IMG/VR virus record: IMGVR_UViG_3300025108_004223
Coordinates: 62,763 to 126,762 of that record
Reading direction: 5' to 3' (one strand)
From: a virus
Length of the DNA stretch: 64,000 bases
Shown here: piece by piece, positions 1-10,196 of the stretch
Layout of the letters: every line of letters begins with the position of its first letter
Position numbering within the stretch: position 1 is the stretch's first letter
Program-made: the position numbers and the translations under genes
The notes under the pieces: model-generated
The model's input: only the letters and a program-made list of their open reading frames with translations
Databases searched by the model: none
Told to the model about the DNA's origin: nothing

Positions 1-629
1 TTCTTGGGCCACCATGTGCAATTACTAAATATTTCCATTTGTATCTGTGGAGCCAATCCTGCGTCTGCTAATCTTACAACAAACTTCATAAACTGTGGAT
101 GTAGGAATGGTTCGCCACCTGTTACTTTCATATGCTTTAGATGTTTTAACGCATCTAAGTCAATCTCATCAAAGTTTACAACTTGATTCTTTTTTAGTTT
201 AGCTATTAAATCAATTGCCGCTTGTGAGTTTTTGTTAAACTTCAAGTAGTCGTCATCCCACTTGTGACTCCACTCTGGTCCACATGTTTGACAGGTCAAG
301 TTGCATAGTCTACCCACTGTAATTTCTAAATACTCTAAACGCACCTCATCAGTAAAGTCATTAAAGAACTCGTCTGCTTCAGTTCGCATGCTACTACCTT
401 TGGTTTCCTCGTCTGCTTTACATTTATAACAACCTTCATGCCATTCATTACGCATCATAGTTTCACGTATATCAGTGAACATCTCACCATACACGTTAAC
501 ATGTTCCTTGTCGCTTTCTTCTAAAAATCTATCATGAAATCTACAACATGGAGTTGTTGGAACTCCATGCATAATCATGCCTGCTTTAAAAGGATACGCA
601 CATGCGTTTTTAGGTAGTTTTTTTGACAT
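1..629 (-). CDS. Radical SAM protein with N-terminal twitch-like Cys cluster (3' end truncated by window edge)
   Basis: Not in ORF track. Manual translation from ATG at 629: MSKKLPKNACAYPF...PCCRF...GCYKC...GRLCNLTCQTC (CxxxCxxC)...TGGEPF; open to position 1; start overlaps upstream stop (TAATG). Confidence 0.85.
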   Translation of the reverse strand, partial: MSKKLPKNACAYPFKAGMIMHGVPTTPCCRFHDRFLEESDKEHVNVYGEMFTDIRETMMRNEWHEGCYKCKADEETKGSSMRTEADEFFNDFTDEVRLEYLEITVGRLCNLTCQTCGPEWSHKWDDDYLKFNKNSQAAIDLIAKLKKNQVVNFDEIDLDALKHLKHMKVTGGEPFLHPQFMKFVVRLADAGLAPQIQMEIFSNCTWWPK

Positions 630-1615
630 TAGAGCCAAGTGCCTTTTTGTTTATAGTTTTTAAGTGCATGTCTAATATTCACTCTATTATACACACCGTC
701 TTTTTTAAATCGTTTCCACTGCTCTGCCTCTGGTGCTTGTGCAATGTGAATTGTATTAGTTGGTTGTAGTCCATAATGCTCACAGAGCAGTATATGTTCT
801 TTCATATACTTCTTGGGCATAGTGTCAGGACTAAAGTTTTTCATAAGCTCGTTTGCAATGCATACATTTAAATGAATGCCATGTTTCCATTCTGTTTGCA
901 CTGCTAATGCACCTTCGTTAAGTTTGCTGAATACAATACCTGCACGCCAGTTGCCACAGCTAAGACCTTTTGTAGTGCTGAACGCAACCATCTTAATACA
1001 ATCTCTAGCCAAGTTAATCTCAATTCCATGACAAGTTCCAAACCACGCCATGTCTACAAATACAGGAATGTTATTAGCATCACAAAAGTCTAGTGTTTCT
1101 TCCATTTTGCTATGCTTTGCACCTGTGCCACTAAATGGTAAACTAATAAGCAATGCATCTCCTGTGCTTAATGGTGTGTCGTCTACATATCGCTGACCTA
1201 TCCATTCTTCACCAAGTATAGCATCTCTGTTGTATGGGTATTCACCACGAAACATACGGAATTCATATCCATTTGCTAAACACCAATAATGCCACCAATC
1301 CATGCCTTGTGTAGTTCCTAAACTTACAAACCTATTTGGAAATGTGCGTAAGCCTTCTACTTTGTTTAGTTTACTGCTTTCAATCCAATCTGGATACAAG
1401 TCTAAGTATGCATCACATTCATCTTGCATACTAAAAATATCCATGTTGCCAAACACATGTTCAACTACGTGATCATAAAATGGCATATTCCAAATACTGT
1501 TGCCGTTTGTTTCAAAAATTTCTGTCAGCTTCTTTGCTTCTTCTACACTAAGATGATCAAATGGACTGTAGTGCGGTGTCATCTCCGTTCTACTTGTTAC
1601 TTTTTCATTCTTCAT
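629..1615 (-). CDS. PLP-dependent aminotransferase-fold protein
   Basis: FVDMAW (PLP-binding Asp) and FSTTKGLSCGNWRAG (S-x-x-K...R-x-G Schiff-base motif). Confidence 0.7.
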   Translation of the reverse strand: MKNEKVTSRTEMTPHYSPFDHLSVEEAKKLTEIFETNGNSIWNMPFYDHVVEHVFGNMDIFSMQDECDAYLDLYPDWIESSKLNKVEGLRTFPNRFVSLGTTQGMDWWHYWCLANGYEFRMFRGEYPYNRDAILGEEWIGQRYVDDTPLSTGDALLISLPFSGTGAKHSKMEETLDFCDANNIPVFVDMAWFGTCHGIEINLARDCIKMVAFSTTKGLSCGNWRAGIVFSKLNEGALAVQTEWKHGIHLNVCIANELMKNFSPDTMPKKYMKEHILLCEHYGLQPTNTIHIAQAPEAEQWKRFKKDGVYNRVNIRHALKNYKQKGTWL

Positions 1616-2328
1616 ATTTTACTTCCTTTAATAAATGTATTCCACTTGTCTGCTATTAGTTTATGTGATCCTACACCGTGATGACCATCATCAAATGCTT
1701 TATCAATTATCCAAGAAGGTGAATTTCCTGGAGTATCCATTGGGGTAAAATCTATATTCATATTTTTTGTTAGTGATTCAAGTCCTACTTCTTTAGGAGT
1801 TAATTCTTTATTAACTAAACCATGATAACAATTTATACCACGTTCTTTGCAAAGCAAATCTACAAGTATTATTTCTCGCCATCGTTGAATAGCAAAATCA
1901 TATTCATCATAGTAATCAGTATAGAATACAGTATCCTTCTTATCTAATCTATCCAGCCATTGCCTTTCTGAAGGGACACAACCCAACACTATATTATCAG
2001 GATTGTAATGAAATATTCCTGTCCTTGCAAATGCTGGCCATAGTATTGTTACTGTATCTCCATTGGAAATCATATTATGCTGTAAGCATTGTGTAAAAAT
2101 CCACACGACTTCTTTGCTATTTGCACCACAACATCCATAGTTATAACATGTCAAGTTTAATTTATCTGCTAGGAGTTGTGGCCATGCTAATTTACTTCCA
2201 AAGTTATAATTCTCTCCAAATTTAGTTGGATAAATCTCGCCTTCATAACAGTCCATATACTGAATTACATCTGGTAATGCATATCCAAAAGTGTGACTAC
2301 AACCAAACGCAAATAGATTAGTCTTCAT
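1612..2328 (-). CDS. SGNH/GDSL hydrolase-like protein
   Basis: N-terminal FGCSHTFG (block I Ser), NYGCCGANS, C-terminal DDGHHG (D-x-x-H). Confidence 0.6.
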   Translation of the reverse strand: MKTNLFAFGCSHTFGYALPDVIQYMDCYEGEIYPTKFGENYNFGSKLAWPQLLADKLNLTCYNYGCCGANSKEVVWIFTQCLQHNMISNGDTVTILWPAFARTGIFHYNPDNIVLGCVPSERQWLDRLDKKDTVFYTDYYDEYDFAIQRWREIILVDLLCKERGINCYHGLVNKELTPKEVGLESLTKNMNIDFTPMDTPGNSPSWIIDKAFDDGHHGVGSHKLIADKWNTFIKGSKI

Positions 2329-2935
2329 ATTTTAGTTCCCCTAATTGCACTTCTTTCCAATCATAACCGTCGTAGAATAATAGTTTTGCTCTTTTTGTGT
2401 CGTCGTATTTGGACCAGTCAACACCATAAGGTTGATGATACATAGCTAGTGTTCCTGGTAATGGGTCTATTTCTTGTTTTTCCCAAACATTATCTAAAAC
2501 TACAGGTGAGCTTATTTTCACTCTCTTTGTGCTGGCGTTAACCACCACCTTTATAGCTCGCTCATCTTTATCATCTACTCCTACACAAATATGTGCTTCA
2601 TGTTCGCCACTTTGTCTATATACACCTCTGTATGAAGCAGTGTGCTTTAATTGATTGTGCATCATATCCGTGCTTATACCAAACATAATACCTTGTCCTA
2701 TACAGTCTTTAAATCCTTCTTCGAGTGCAGAATAATCACAAAGTATTCCTCTAAATAAATCTTCGTTATTTTTGGAACCAATTCTATCCCATCTCATGTT
2801 TGAATGTATTGGATAGACCATGCTATGTATTTCAAATTTTGTTCTAGACCATACATTTAGATCCTTGTCTACACACAATCTATCTTTCAACGGACCTGTA
2901 TGCATATTCATATCTTCATCTGGTATTATTTTCAT
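2318..2935 (-). CDS. Hypothetical protein
   Basis: 205-aa ORF overlapping both neighbours in the operon; no motif recognised. Confidence 0.6.
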   Translation of the reverse strand: MKIIPDEDMNMHTGPLKDRLCVDKDLNVWSRTKFEIHSMVYPIHSNMRWDRIGSKNNEDLFRGILCDYSALEEGFKDCIGQGIMFGISTDMMHNQLKHTASYRGVYRQSGEHEAHICVGVDDKDERAIKVVVNASTKRVKISSPVVLDNVWEKQEIDPLPGTLAMYHQPYGVDWSKYDDTKRAKLLFYDGYDWKEVQLGELKYED

Positions 2936-4182
2936 TTGTATTTCTCCATCTCAGGTATACTCTTAAAAGTATCTGTATCTCTAAGTCTGTCCAAATCCTT
3001 TGTATACTTTAAAAACCAATCCCAATACTTGGTAGCGTCTTCTTCGTTAACATCTCGTCTAAGACCTGCACGTATATCGTCTATGCCTGTTTGATACTCA
3101 AACATATCAACTCTGCTGTTGCTAATTGGCCACATCTCCATACTTGGTATGTGTTCCATTTTTTCCAATGCTAAGTCCTTCAGCTCTCGTGGCATATGTG
3201 CAATGTTTAGATATGCTGGTGTTACTACTACATTTGTCATACTAATACTAGCACGTTTTCTGTGATTTGTATAGAACCAATCCCATACCTTATCTAAATT
3301 GAATATGTTTGTAGTCATTACGGTTACTGCGAATGTTACTTCAATGTTACCTTCTGCATAAAACTTTTCTAAGTTATCGTTAAGGTCATCCCATGTATAG
3401 TTGCCTCCACGTATAACACTGTATAAATTATCTGTTGCTTCAATACTAATAAGCAACTCAATGTGTTTAAACTCTTTGAATATCTCTTTGAACCTATCTT
3501 CAAATACTGTAGCATTTGTGCTGATGTCCAGTGCAACGTTCTTAGCAATGCCGTTATCCACAAACCATTTTAACACTTCGTAACAACGCTCGTCATATAA
3601 TGGCTCGCCTCCTCGTAGTGCAACCCACTGTAAGTTCTTAAAGTATTCTGGGTTAGCAAACAAGTTATCCATAAAGCCTAGTTCTTTAACACCGTTGAAT
3701 CCAATTGGTTGCTTGTTCCAATACTCTGGCATTTCTTTGTTTAGTGATTTGCCATCCTTGGTCCAACCTGTTGATACAAATGGCCCACAATGTATACATG
3801 CTAGGTTACACTTGTTGCTGAGTGTAAAGTCTAAGTATCTAATATCTGGCGCACTGTCAACGTCAAGTGTTTCGCTTTCCATACGTAAATCGTAATCTAG
3901 TTTATCCCAGAAATACATACGTCTGCTACGTCCACTTTTTTCTTTCTTTGCACAATTGGCACAACTAGGTGGAATCTGTCTGTTACGATGCATCTCACGT
4001 AGTTCACGATACTGTGGACCTTCCCATATTTCTTTTAGAGTGTAGTCATTTATATTGCCTAACTTGTCTTTGTAAATAATATCTGGAACAACATTGCCGC
4101 CCCATTTGATTGTTAGTGCATGCCACGGTGCTATGCACGTAGGCAAGTTTTCCATATCTAAGAATTTATTTCTATACGCCAC
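2932..4182 (-). CDS. Radical SAM protein, N-terminal twitch-type domain
   Basis: CIAPW...CANC N-terminal motif, CNLACIHC, RGGEPLY, STNAT, SIEA. Confidence 0.9.
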   Translation of the reverse strand: MAYRNKFLDMENLPTCIAPWHALTIKWGGNVVPDIIYKDKLGNINDYTLKEIWEGPQYRELREMHRNRQIPPSCANCAKKEKSGRSRRMYFWDKLDYDLRMESETLDVDSAPDIRYLDFTLSNKCNLACIHCGPFVSTGWTKDGKSLNKEMPEYWNKQPIGFNGVKELGFMDNLFANPEYFKNLQWVALRGGEPLYDERCYEVLKWFVDNGIAKNVALDISTNATVFEDRFKEIFKEFKHIELLISIEATDNLYSVIRGGNYTWDDLNDNLEKFYAEGNIEVTFAVTVMTTNIFNLDKVWDWFYTNHRKRASISMTNVVVTPAYLNIAHMPRELKDLALEKMEHIPSMEMWPISNSRVDMFEYQTGIDDIRAGLRRDVNEEDATKYWDWFLKYTKDLDRLRDTDTFKSIPEMEKYK

Positions 4183-5245
4183 ATTTTACTCCACATATAT
4201 TTTGGCAACTTTTCCAGCTACCTGTATTAAGTGCATTACTTAGAGTTTGATCAAACCATTCATTACTTAGTATATCTCTTAAATTATATTTTTTAAGATC
4301 GTTTATTTTACGTGCTTCATGGAAACTAGCATCAACATTATCTAAAAGAAATTTGTCTTCATTAATTGGGATGCCATATAAACTTACATGGCAACAAGGC
4401 CATACTGTAGCCCATGGATCAATCTGCACTTGCCTATCATTATACCAAGGACAAACTGTCTCGGGTTCTGAACGCTGTTTAACCTTTAATTGATCATTTG
4501 CATTCATAAAAAACTTATAATCTCTAGAATCACTTAGTGACCATTTGCGAGAGAATTCGTCTGTTTCAGTAACGACTTGGTATGGCTCTATATTATAACA
4601 ACCACTGATTTCATAAGAATCTTTACCAAGTTCAAACTTAATATGTTCACCATGGCTATGTCGCATTGTAAAGTAAACTGATTCAGTGTCCCATGCAATT
4701 TGCTCTATTTCTTTAAGTTGATGTTTGTTGTGTTCAAATAATGTTGTTGTAACATTTGCTCTACCACCATTACTAGTAAATGCTTTTATATTTTCTATAA
4801 TTTTATTAAAGTTTGTTTTTCTACGATACAATGAATGAGTATCTTCCATTCCATCAACAGCAAACACAACTAAATGATTTGTAAACTTTCTACATACAGC
4901 ACCCAAGTCTCCCCAAAATTTCTTTGTTCTCATACTTCCGTTGGTATGTAAAAACAAACTAGTTTCTGGATGATACCGGGTCCATATGTGTAGCATTTCT
5001 ACTAAATTAGGATGCATCATTGGATCGCCCCAATTACCATTTAATGCTAAGTCGCCAATAAACCAACCACGTGTATCTTCTGTAGCAAGACGTTCCCATA
5101 CTTCCATATCAAAATGTTCGAGTGGCAATTCTTCTTTAACTTCGTTGCCGTCTTGATTACGTATACATGCACCACAACGGGCATTGCAATGACTTGTAAT
5201 ATCTACTTGTAAATTAGTTACTTCATTTGCCCACTTATAATTCAT
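4172..5245 (-). CDS. Radical SAM protein with C-terminal SPASM/twitch domain
   Basis: CNARCGAC, GNWGDPMM, TNGS, FAVDG; C-terminal CPWY...WPCC...CQNIC. Confidence 0.9.
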   Translation of the reverse strand: MNYKWANEVTNLQVDITSHCNARCGACIRNQDGNEVKEELPLEHFDMEVWERLATEDTRGWFIGDLALNGNWGDPMMHPNLVEMLHIWTRYHPETSLFLHTNGSMRTKKFWGDLGAVCRKFTNHLVVFAVDGMEDTHSLYRRKTNFNKIIENIKAFTSNGGRANVTTTLFEHNKHQLKEIEQIAWDTESVYFTMRHSHGEHIKFELGKDSYEISGCYNIEPYQVVTETDEFSRKWSLSDSRDYKFFMNANDQLKVKQRSEPETVCPWYNDRQVQIDPWATVWPCCHVSLYGIPINEDKFLLDNVDASFHEARKINDLKKYNLRDILSNEWFDQTLSNALNTGSWKSCQNICGVKCGV

Positions 5246-5248
5246 ATT

Positions 5249-6337
5249 TTAAATATACTTTTTATTTGTTATATAGTCGTGGCATCCACCTTCACGAACT
5301 AAGTCACTTGTTAGACAGTGAATTCCACCATCCCAAAAGTATTGATGTCTAAAGCGCCATACAATAGGCTCAATGCCGTGTGCTTCCATTCTACGGAATG
5401 CAGCATCATTACGTCCTGTGCATATAACTGTATTTTCATCTAGTGATAATACGTTAACATCAAATACACTTTCATCAGCATATCCTACCCAGTGTGATAA
5501 CCATTTTGCTACATACTCTTTATAGAATCTACGTTTACGTGTTTGCTGGAAGTCCTGTGGCATTTCGTGGTCATCATCAACTTCGATAATATCCCAATTT
5601 TTAAGTTCGTCAGGAACCCATTTTTTATTCCATGTCATTAATACACCTGGGCGTAGCAATGCAATTTTACCATCTGCGTGTCCGCCAACCTTAATATCCA
5701 AGAACTTAGTGCCTGGGTAACGTTGCGAGATCTCACGTTGCATCCATTCTTTACCAAGTAGTGTGCCTTTTCCTTTTTTGTTATCTTCTTCCCATGCTTG
5801 TGAAAACAAAATTGTATCTCCACATTTAATCATATTAGCTGCATGGTATAAAACCTTTTGCTCTGCTGAGTATGTATCATACCCAATACCGCCACGCACC
5901 ATAGCACCTGGCATTGAAACCCAATCGGCTCCACTCTTATATAGCTCTACCATATGATCATAATATGCTAAGTTTTCGAAGTATCTATTATCGCCGCCTG
6001 TGAAACATTCAAACACACTGTTGCCATATGGCATTAGTGTATCACGTGGCATCAATGGGTGGTTAGGAAATCCACAACTCATCCAAGGTAATTGTATTTG
6101 TTCATCGCCGTTGATAGTAAAAATGTTACTAGGGCGTAATACTTCAATGCCTCTATCTTCTAATAGTTTTGCAAGGACTTCAATGTCCTCTGCTGTTTCT
6201 GTAAAGATTTGACGCATAGTATCTCGTGTTTCTGGATCCTTGTGCCAATCAAAAGTTTCTGGGGGAAATGGAGCGCCAAGTATAACCTTCTTTAAAGGTT
6301 GAAACTCTGTCCATACACTAACTGCTGGTGTAGTCAT
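5249..6337 (-). CDS. Amidinotransferase (glycine/inosamine-phosphate amidinotransferase family)
   Basis: VWTEFQPLKKVILG N-terminus, MPRD, HADG, GGIHCLTSDL catalytic Cys motif. Confidence 0.9.
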   Translation of the reverse strand: MTTPAVSVWTEFQPLKKVILGAPFPPETFDWHKDPETRDTMRQIFTETAEDIEVLAKLLEDRGIEVLRPSNIFTINGDEQIQLPWMSCGFPNHPLMPRDTLMPYGNSVFECFTGGDNRYFENLAYYDHMVELYKSGADWVSMPGAMVRGGIGYDTYSAEQKVLYHAANMIKCGDTILFSQAWEEDNKKGKGTLLGKEWMQREISQRYPGTKFLDIKVGGHADGKIALLRPGVLMTWNKKWVPDELKNWDIIEVDDDHEMPQDFQQTRKRRFYKEYVAKWLSHWVGYADESVFDVNVLSLDENTVICTGRNDAAFRRMEAHGIEPIVWRFRHQYFWDGGIHCLTSDLVREGGCHDYITNKKYI

Positions 6338-6359
6338 AAAAAGCCTCTCTTATTTTTTG

Positions 6360-6375
6360 TATAAATATATTTATC
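6360..6375. promoter_or_regulatory. Palindromic bidirectional T4-type late promoter
   Basis: ATAAATATATTTAT (6361-6374) is a perfect palindrome giving TATAAATA on + and GATAAATA on -, in the divergent intergenic region. Confidence 0.5.
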
Positions 6376-6422
6376 CATATTAACATAGTAGTTAATTACT
6401 AGCCTAGTTTGTATTAATACAA

Positions 6423-6451
6423 TTGACATATAGCCAAAATTAATATATACT
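6423..6451 (+). promoter_or_regulatory. sigma70-type early promoter
   Basis: TTGACA-N17-TATACT, followed by AAGGAG RBS and ATG at 6478. Confidence 0.8.
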
Positions 6452-6477
6452 TGTTGTAACTAAGGAGAATTAAAACA

Positions 6478-7314
6478 ATGACACGAATCGCCCTAGACAA
6501 AGATCATGCCAATGAGATAACTGTGCATGAATTTGACGCTACTAATATAGATATTATAGCACACTCTGAAGAATTATACAAGTCTTTTGAGAGCGGATGG
6601 CCAGTAGTAATTAAGAATTTAGTTATTCCTGGCATTGACTATGATTACTATGATAACCTTGATGATTGGATTATTAAGGATAACAAATGGATTATGCCTT
6701 GGTATAACTCACATATTAAGAAACGTGACCGTATGCGTAGTGAACGTAATTGGACCGAAGAACAAATTGATGAATTTCATAAGAAACACAAGCAAGCCAA
6801 CAACGGTTGGAATGAGATATTTGATAAACTTTTCCCACGATACAACACACCAGAACGTATGCTCAGCCATAGATATAATATGCTGGTTGAGAACAAATTG
6901 CACTTAGATGAATTGGACGAGCAACATACCGGACAGGAACAACAGATAAGAATGTTTGTTAACTTAGATAAAAAGCGTCCTCGGGTGTTAACATTCGGAC
7001 CAGACTTAGAACAAATGTGGTATAAGTATAAAGATGAATTTAACTTAGAAGAATTAGATAAAACTAACATACATACATTTATTAGTGAGATGCGTAATCG
7101 TTGCGTATGGAATGATAAAAAATGGGATCAGTTTCATCACCCACTTCATTATCTTACATTTGATCCAGGTGATGTTTGGTTTTTTAATGCACAATGGATT
7201 ACACATCAAATTGTATTTGGTTCAAAATTACAATGCTTTGAAACAGACATTATGAATGATAGTTTATTATGTCCAGAACTATGTATGACAGAAAGGATAA
7301 AGAACTTTGAGTGA
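6478..7314 (+). CDS. kdoO: Kdo hydroxylase (KdoO) family Fe(II)/2-oxoglutarate dioxygenase homolog
   Basis: Collinear matches to KdoO blocks as recalled: LFPRY, KLHLD (H-x-D), IRMFVNLD..PRV...G, FDPGDVWFF....THQIVFG. Confidence 0.75.
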   Translation: MTRIALDKDHANEITVHEFDATNIDIIAHSEELYKSFESGWPVVIKNLVIPGIDYDYYDNLDDWIIKDNKWIMPWYNSHIKKRDRMRSERNWTEEQIDEFHKKHKQANNGWNEIFDKLFPRYNTPERMLSHRYNMLVENKLHLDELDEQHTGQEQQIRMFVNLDKKRPRVLTFGPDLEQMWYKYKDEFNLEELDKTNIHTFISEMRNRCVWNDKKWDQFHHPLHYLTFDPGDVWFFNAQWITHQIVFGSKLQCFETDIMNDSLLCPELCMTERIKNFE

Positions 7315-8323
7315 TATACAACATACAATAATCGAAAACTACTTGCCGAAAGAATTATTCAACAAGTATTATAAAGAATATCCAGTAGATTGGATTAAAG
7401 AATATTGTAGTGACCCGACGGTAAGTGAACACGACAGTAGCTTGTATGGAAACTATAGTGCTCCTACAGAATTATACGATCCAGATTTAATAGAATGGGT
7501 TAAACAACAACTACCAGATATTAAATTAAATGCGGTTGGACGTGAAGTAACGCACGACCATTTTTATACTAACTTTCATTATGACGAACGTGGTAGTTGG
7601 ATAGAGGAACACAACGACTTAAAAGATATGCGTTGGTTAGTTACAAATCAGATATACATGTGTAACAATCAAGGTGCAAGATTATTAGATAGAGAACTTA
7701 ATGTCACTGCTGAAGTTCCTTGTGTGCCTAACACATTTTATAATATTGTTGCAGACCCTTGGAGTTGGCATGATGTGCCAGAAGTAAGCAACCATAAAAG
7801 AAGTATACTATTTCGTGTAGGTAAACGTAGAAGCAATAGTATTGCACATCCCGATGACGGAGACGATACCGCTTATATCATATACAACAACTTTCAAAAA
7901 GACAGACATTATGCAAAGTTAGGTCTACGTATGGGCAATCTAACTGAGGCACATCTACATAGTTTAGGTGCTAAAAACATAATGCATACTGCTTGGCGTA
8001 GTGAAGAAAGCCTGCATAGAAACATAAAGAAAGCCTTACAGCGTTATAAACGGGTGGTTATTGTGCTTAGTGGATACTTACTGCCTAGCTTAACGATCGC
8101 TGATAATACCGCACTACAGACGCTTACAGACGCTAATACGCCGGTGAATTTAGATGAAAATGTTGAGATTGCGGAGTATTTCCGTATAACTGATGACAAT
8201 ATAGATGCTTATGCAGACTGCGTATTTTCCGATTTAAGCGGTGATCATGTGTTAGCTGAAGCTGAGCAAGTTATGTATACTTACTACCAAAATAAGCTAC
8301 ATTTGAACTATATAGACCTATAA
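7307..8323 (+). CDS. 2OG-Fe(II) oxygenase-like N-terminal domain fused to unknown C-terminal domain
   Basis: EEHND (H-x-D), QIYM, WSWHDVP, KRSILFR; GTG start overlapping the upstream gene. Confidence 0.6.
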   Translation: MSDIQHTIIENYLPKELFNKYYKEYPVDWIKEYCSDPTVSEHDSSLYGNYSAPTELYDPDLIEWVKQQLPDIKLNAVGREVTHDHFYTNFHYDERGSWIEEHNDLKDMRWLVTNQIYMCNNQGARLLDRELNVTAEVPCVPNTFYNIVADPWSWHDVPEVSNHKRSILFRVGKRRSNSIAHPDDGDDTAYIIYNNFQKDRHYAKLGLRMGNLTEAHLHSLGAKNIMHTAWRSEESLHRNIKKALQRYKRVVIVLSGYLLPSLTIADNTALQTLTDANTPVNLDENVEIAEYFRITDDNIDAYADCVFSDLSGDHVLAEAEQVMYTYYQNKLHLNYIDL

Positions 8324-8340
8324 AAGGGTGTCTTAGACGC

Positions 8341-9603
8341 TCAAATACCGTCCTGTATGCGTTTAAATTCAGGAGCTATACTCATTACATCGTGTCCGCG
8401 AAAGATGTCGTAGTTGTTGGTTATATCAACATACTGCTTCATTATCTCTGGATTATATACATGATCTGGATCCTTACCAAAGTTAACCATTTCCATTAAA
8501 GGTTCTTCATAATCCTCGTAATGTGGACTATTATGGATTGATTTTAAAAACTCTAGCACTTGTTTTTCTTGCTCATCACGTAACCATTGTGGACTATGTG
8601 CCATACTGTAATAATGTGGTTCTACTAATTGATTAGTGCTCATGCCAATTCCTTTGTCATTCTTACATTGATAATTATGCATGAACTTCCAAAAGTCTAC
8701 AATGTGCAATGCATTGTGTATTTGGTTGACTGTTGTTACACGAACTTTAATACGTTTACCGGCTTTAGTATTTGAAAACTTAACCAGTTTATCAAAGTTT
8801 TTCCAAACAGAGGCCCACTTGGAAGGTGGACGTAAATAATCATTCATGGCGCCCATGCCTTCCAAGGAGCAGTTTACAATCACTTTTTCAAACTTCCCTA
8901 ATTGTTCTAACCATCTATCTTGCATATTAGTGATATTGGTATAGAAACTAAGTTCGATGTGATCAGCGTGTCCGGATTCTACTGCGAGATCTAGCAAAGT
9001 AAACATATCCTTTGCAACCGTTGGTTCCCCGCCTATAAGTTTTATTTTACGAGCTTTTCTTATCATGTCCTTAAAGCTCGCCCAGTCGATTCCAGGTTGA
9101 AGAAGTGCCTGCTTCTTGTCTGCAATGTTGGCATGCCAGTCGGGATGGTTCGCTCCGAGTCCGCTTTGTACCATTGTCGCACGTTCCACACTCACTAAGT
9201 GAGATGCTTCTTTGTTGCACATCTGACACTGTAAATTACACAAATTGCCAAGCCTGAAATCAAATTGTAAAGGTTGTTTAACCTCCCAATCATTAACGGA
9301 AGCGTCAGCAACCACTTCGTCAATTACGTCTTCCCACACTTCGTTTTCCCATTGTCTGCTGCTGACAATATTATTGCGTTCCAAGTGTAAACATTCACTA
9401 CACTCAGGTAACCATTCACCTGCGGTCATGCGTTTACGAACATCTTTAATGTAGTCGTGGTTCCATGTTCCGTCGATGCCTAGTTTCTCTTGGTCTACTA
9501 GTTCTGTGGGTTCTTTGGCCATGCAACATAACCTATATCGTCCGCCATTATATGTGCTATATTGAACGAATGGTAATGCACAAAAGCCGTTATCTGTTTT
9601 CAT
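8341..9603 (-). CDS. Radical SAM protein, N-terminal twitch-type domain
   Basis: FCALPF...RLCC...ECSEC, CNLQCQMC, IGGEPT, YTN, CSLEG. Confidence 0.9.
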   Translation of the reverse strand: MKTDNGFCALPFVQYSTYNGGRYRLCCMAKEPTELVDQEKLGIDGTWNHDYIKDVRKRMTAGEWLPECSECLHLERNNIVSSRQWENEVWEDVIDEVVADASVNDWEVKQPLQFDFRLGNLCNLQCQMCNKEASHLVSVERATMVQSGLGANHPDWHANIADKKQALLQPGIDWASFKDMIRKARKIKLIGGEPTVAKDMFTLLDLAVESGHADHIELSFYTNITNMQDRWLEQLGKFEKVIVNCSLEGMGAMNDYLRPPSKWASVWKNFDKLVKFSNTKAGKRIKVRVTTVNQIHNALHIVDFWKFMHNYQCKNDKGIGMSTNQLVEPHYYSMAHSPQWLRDEQEKQVLEFLKSIHNSPHYEDYEEPLMEMVNFGKDPDHVYNPEIMKQYVDITNNYDIFRGHDVMSIAPEFKRIQDGI

Positions 9604-10196
9604 ATGTATCTCGTTAGTAAACTCTTTCTTACCCGATCGCCTTGCTCGGTATAATGGTAATCAGCATTTGCGTTACTCCCATATACAAGAAAAGAATTTC
9701 TTATTAGTGGTAGTTCTTTGCTTTCTAAAATATCAAAGCAGTTATCATTATTTTCATTATAGCTATTTTTATCTACATTGCAAAGTATTGTTCCATATTT
9801 TTTATAATCTATATCAGGCATGTATATATGCCATTGTATTACTTCTTTACCAATGGCATCAGTGTGTAAATGTATATAATGTTCTGGATCATCCCATAGA
9901 TAATCCGTGTAAATTCTACTTATATCATTCCATGGTCTAGTGGCTGTTAATTTATTTTTTATTGTATCATATAATTGTTTAGATGTTTCTACAAATTCTC
10001 TAAATGGTTTCCATTCTACATCAGCACTAAGACTATGATCAGGGGGCCTACATTCAAACTGTTGAGCATGAAAATCTTTTACTAACTGAAAATAATGATC
10101 GTCACTTAAAAAATTTTCAATCCATAAATGTTCGTATGGACTAGTAAGCAATTCTGCAGAGTCTATTTTATCTATGATATAATTAAATTCCTGCAT
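9600..10196 (-). CDS. 2OG-Fe(II) oxygenase-like protein
   Basis: HLHTD (H-x-D), WHIYMP, YHYT, RKSL; resembles 7307 and 43765. Confidence 0.55.
   Translation of the reverse strand: MQEFNYIIDKIDSAELLTSPYEHLWIENFLSDDHYFQLVKDFHAQQFECRPPDHSLSADVEWKPFREFVETSKQLYDTIKNKLTATRPWNDISRIYTDYLWDDPEHYIHLHTDAIGKEVIQWHIYMPDIDYKKYGTILCNVDKNSYNENNDNCFDILESKELPLIRNSFLVYGSNANADYHYTEQGDRVRKSLLTRYI

Noticed and set aside
8327-8340. Small inverted repeat (GTGTCTTAGACGC) at the convergence of the plus-strand island
   Set aside because: Stem too short and no U-tract to call a terminator.
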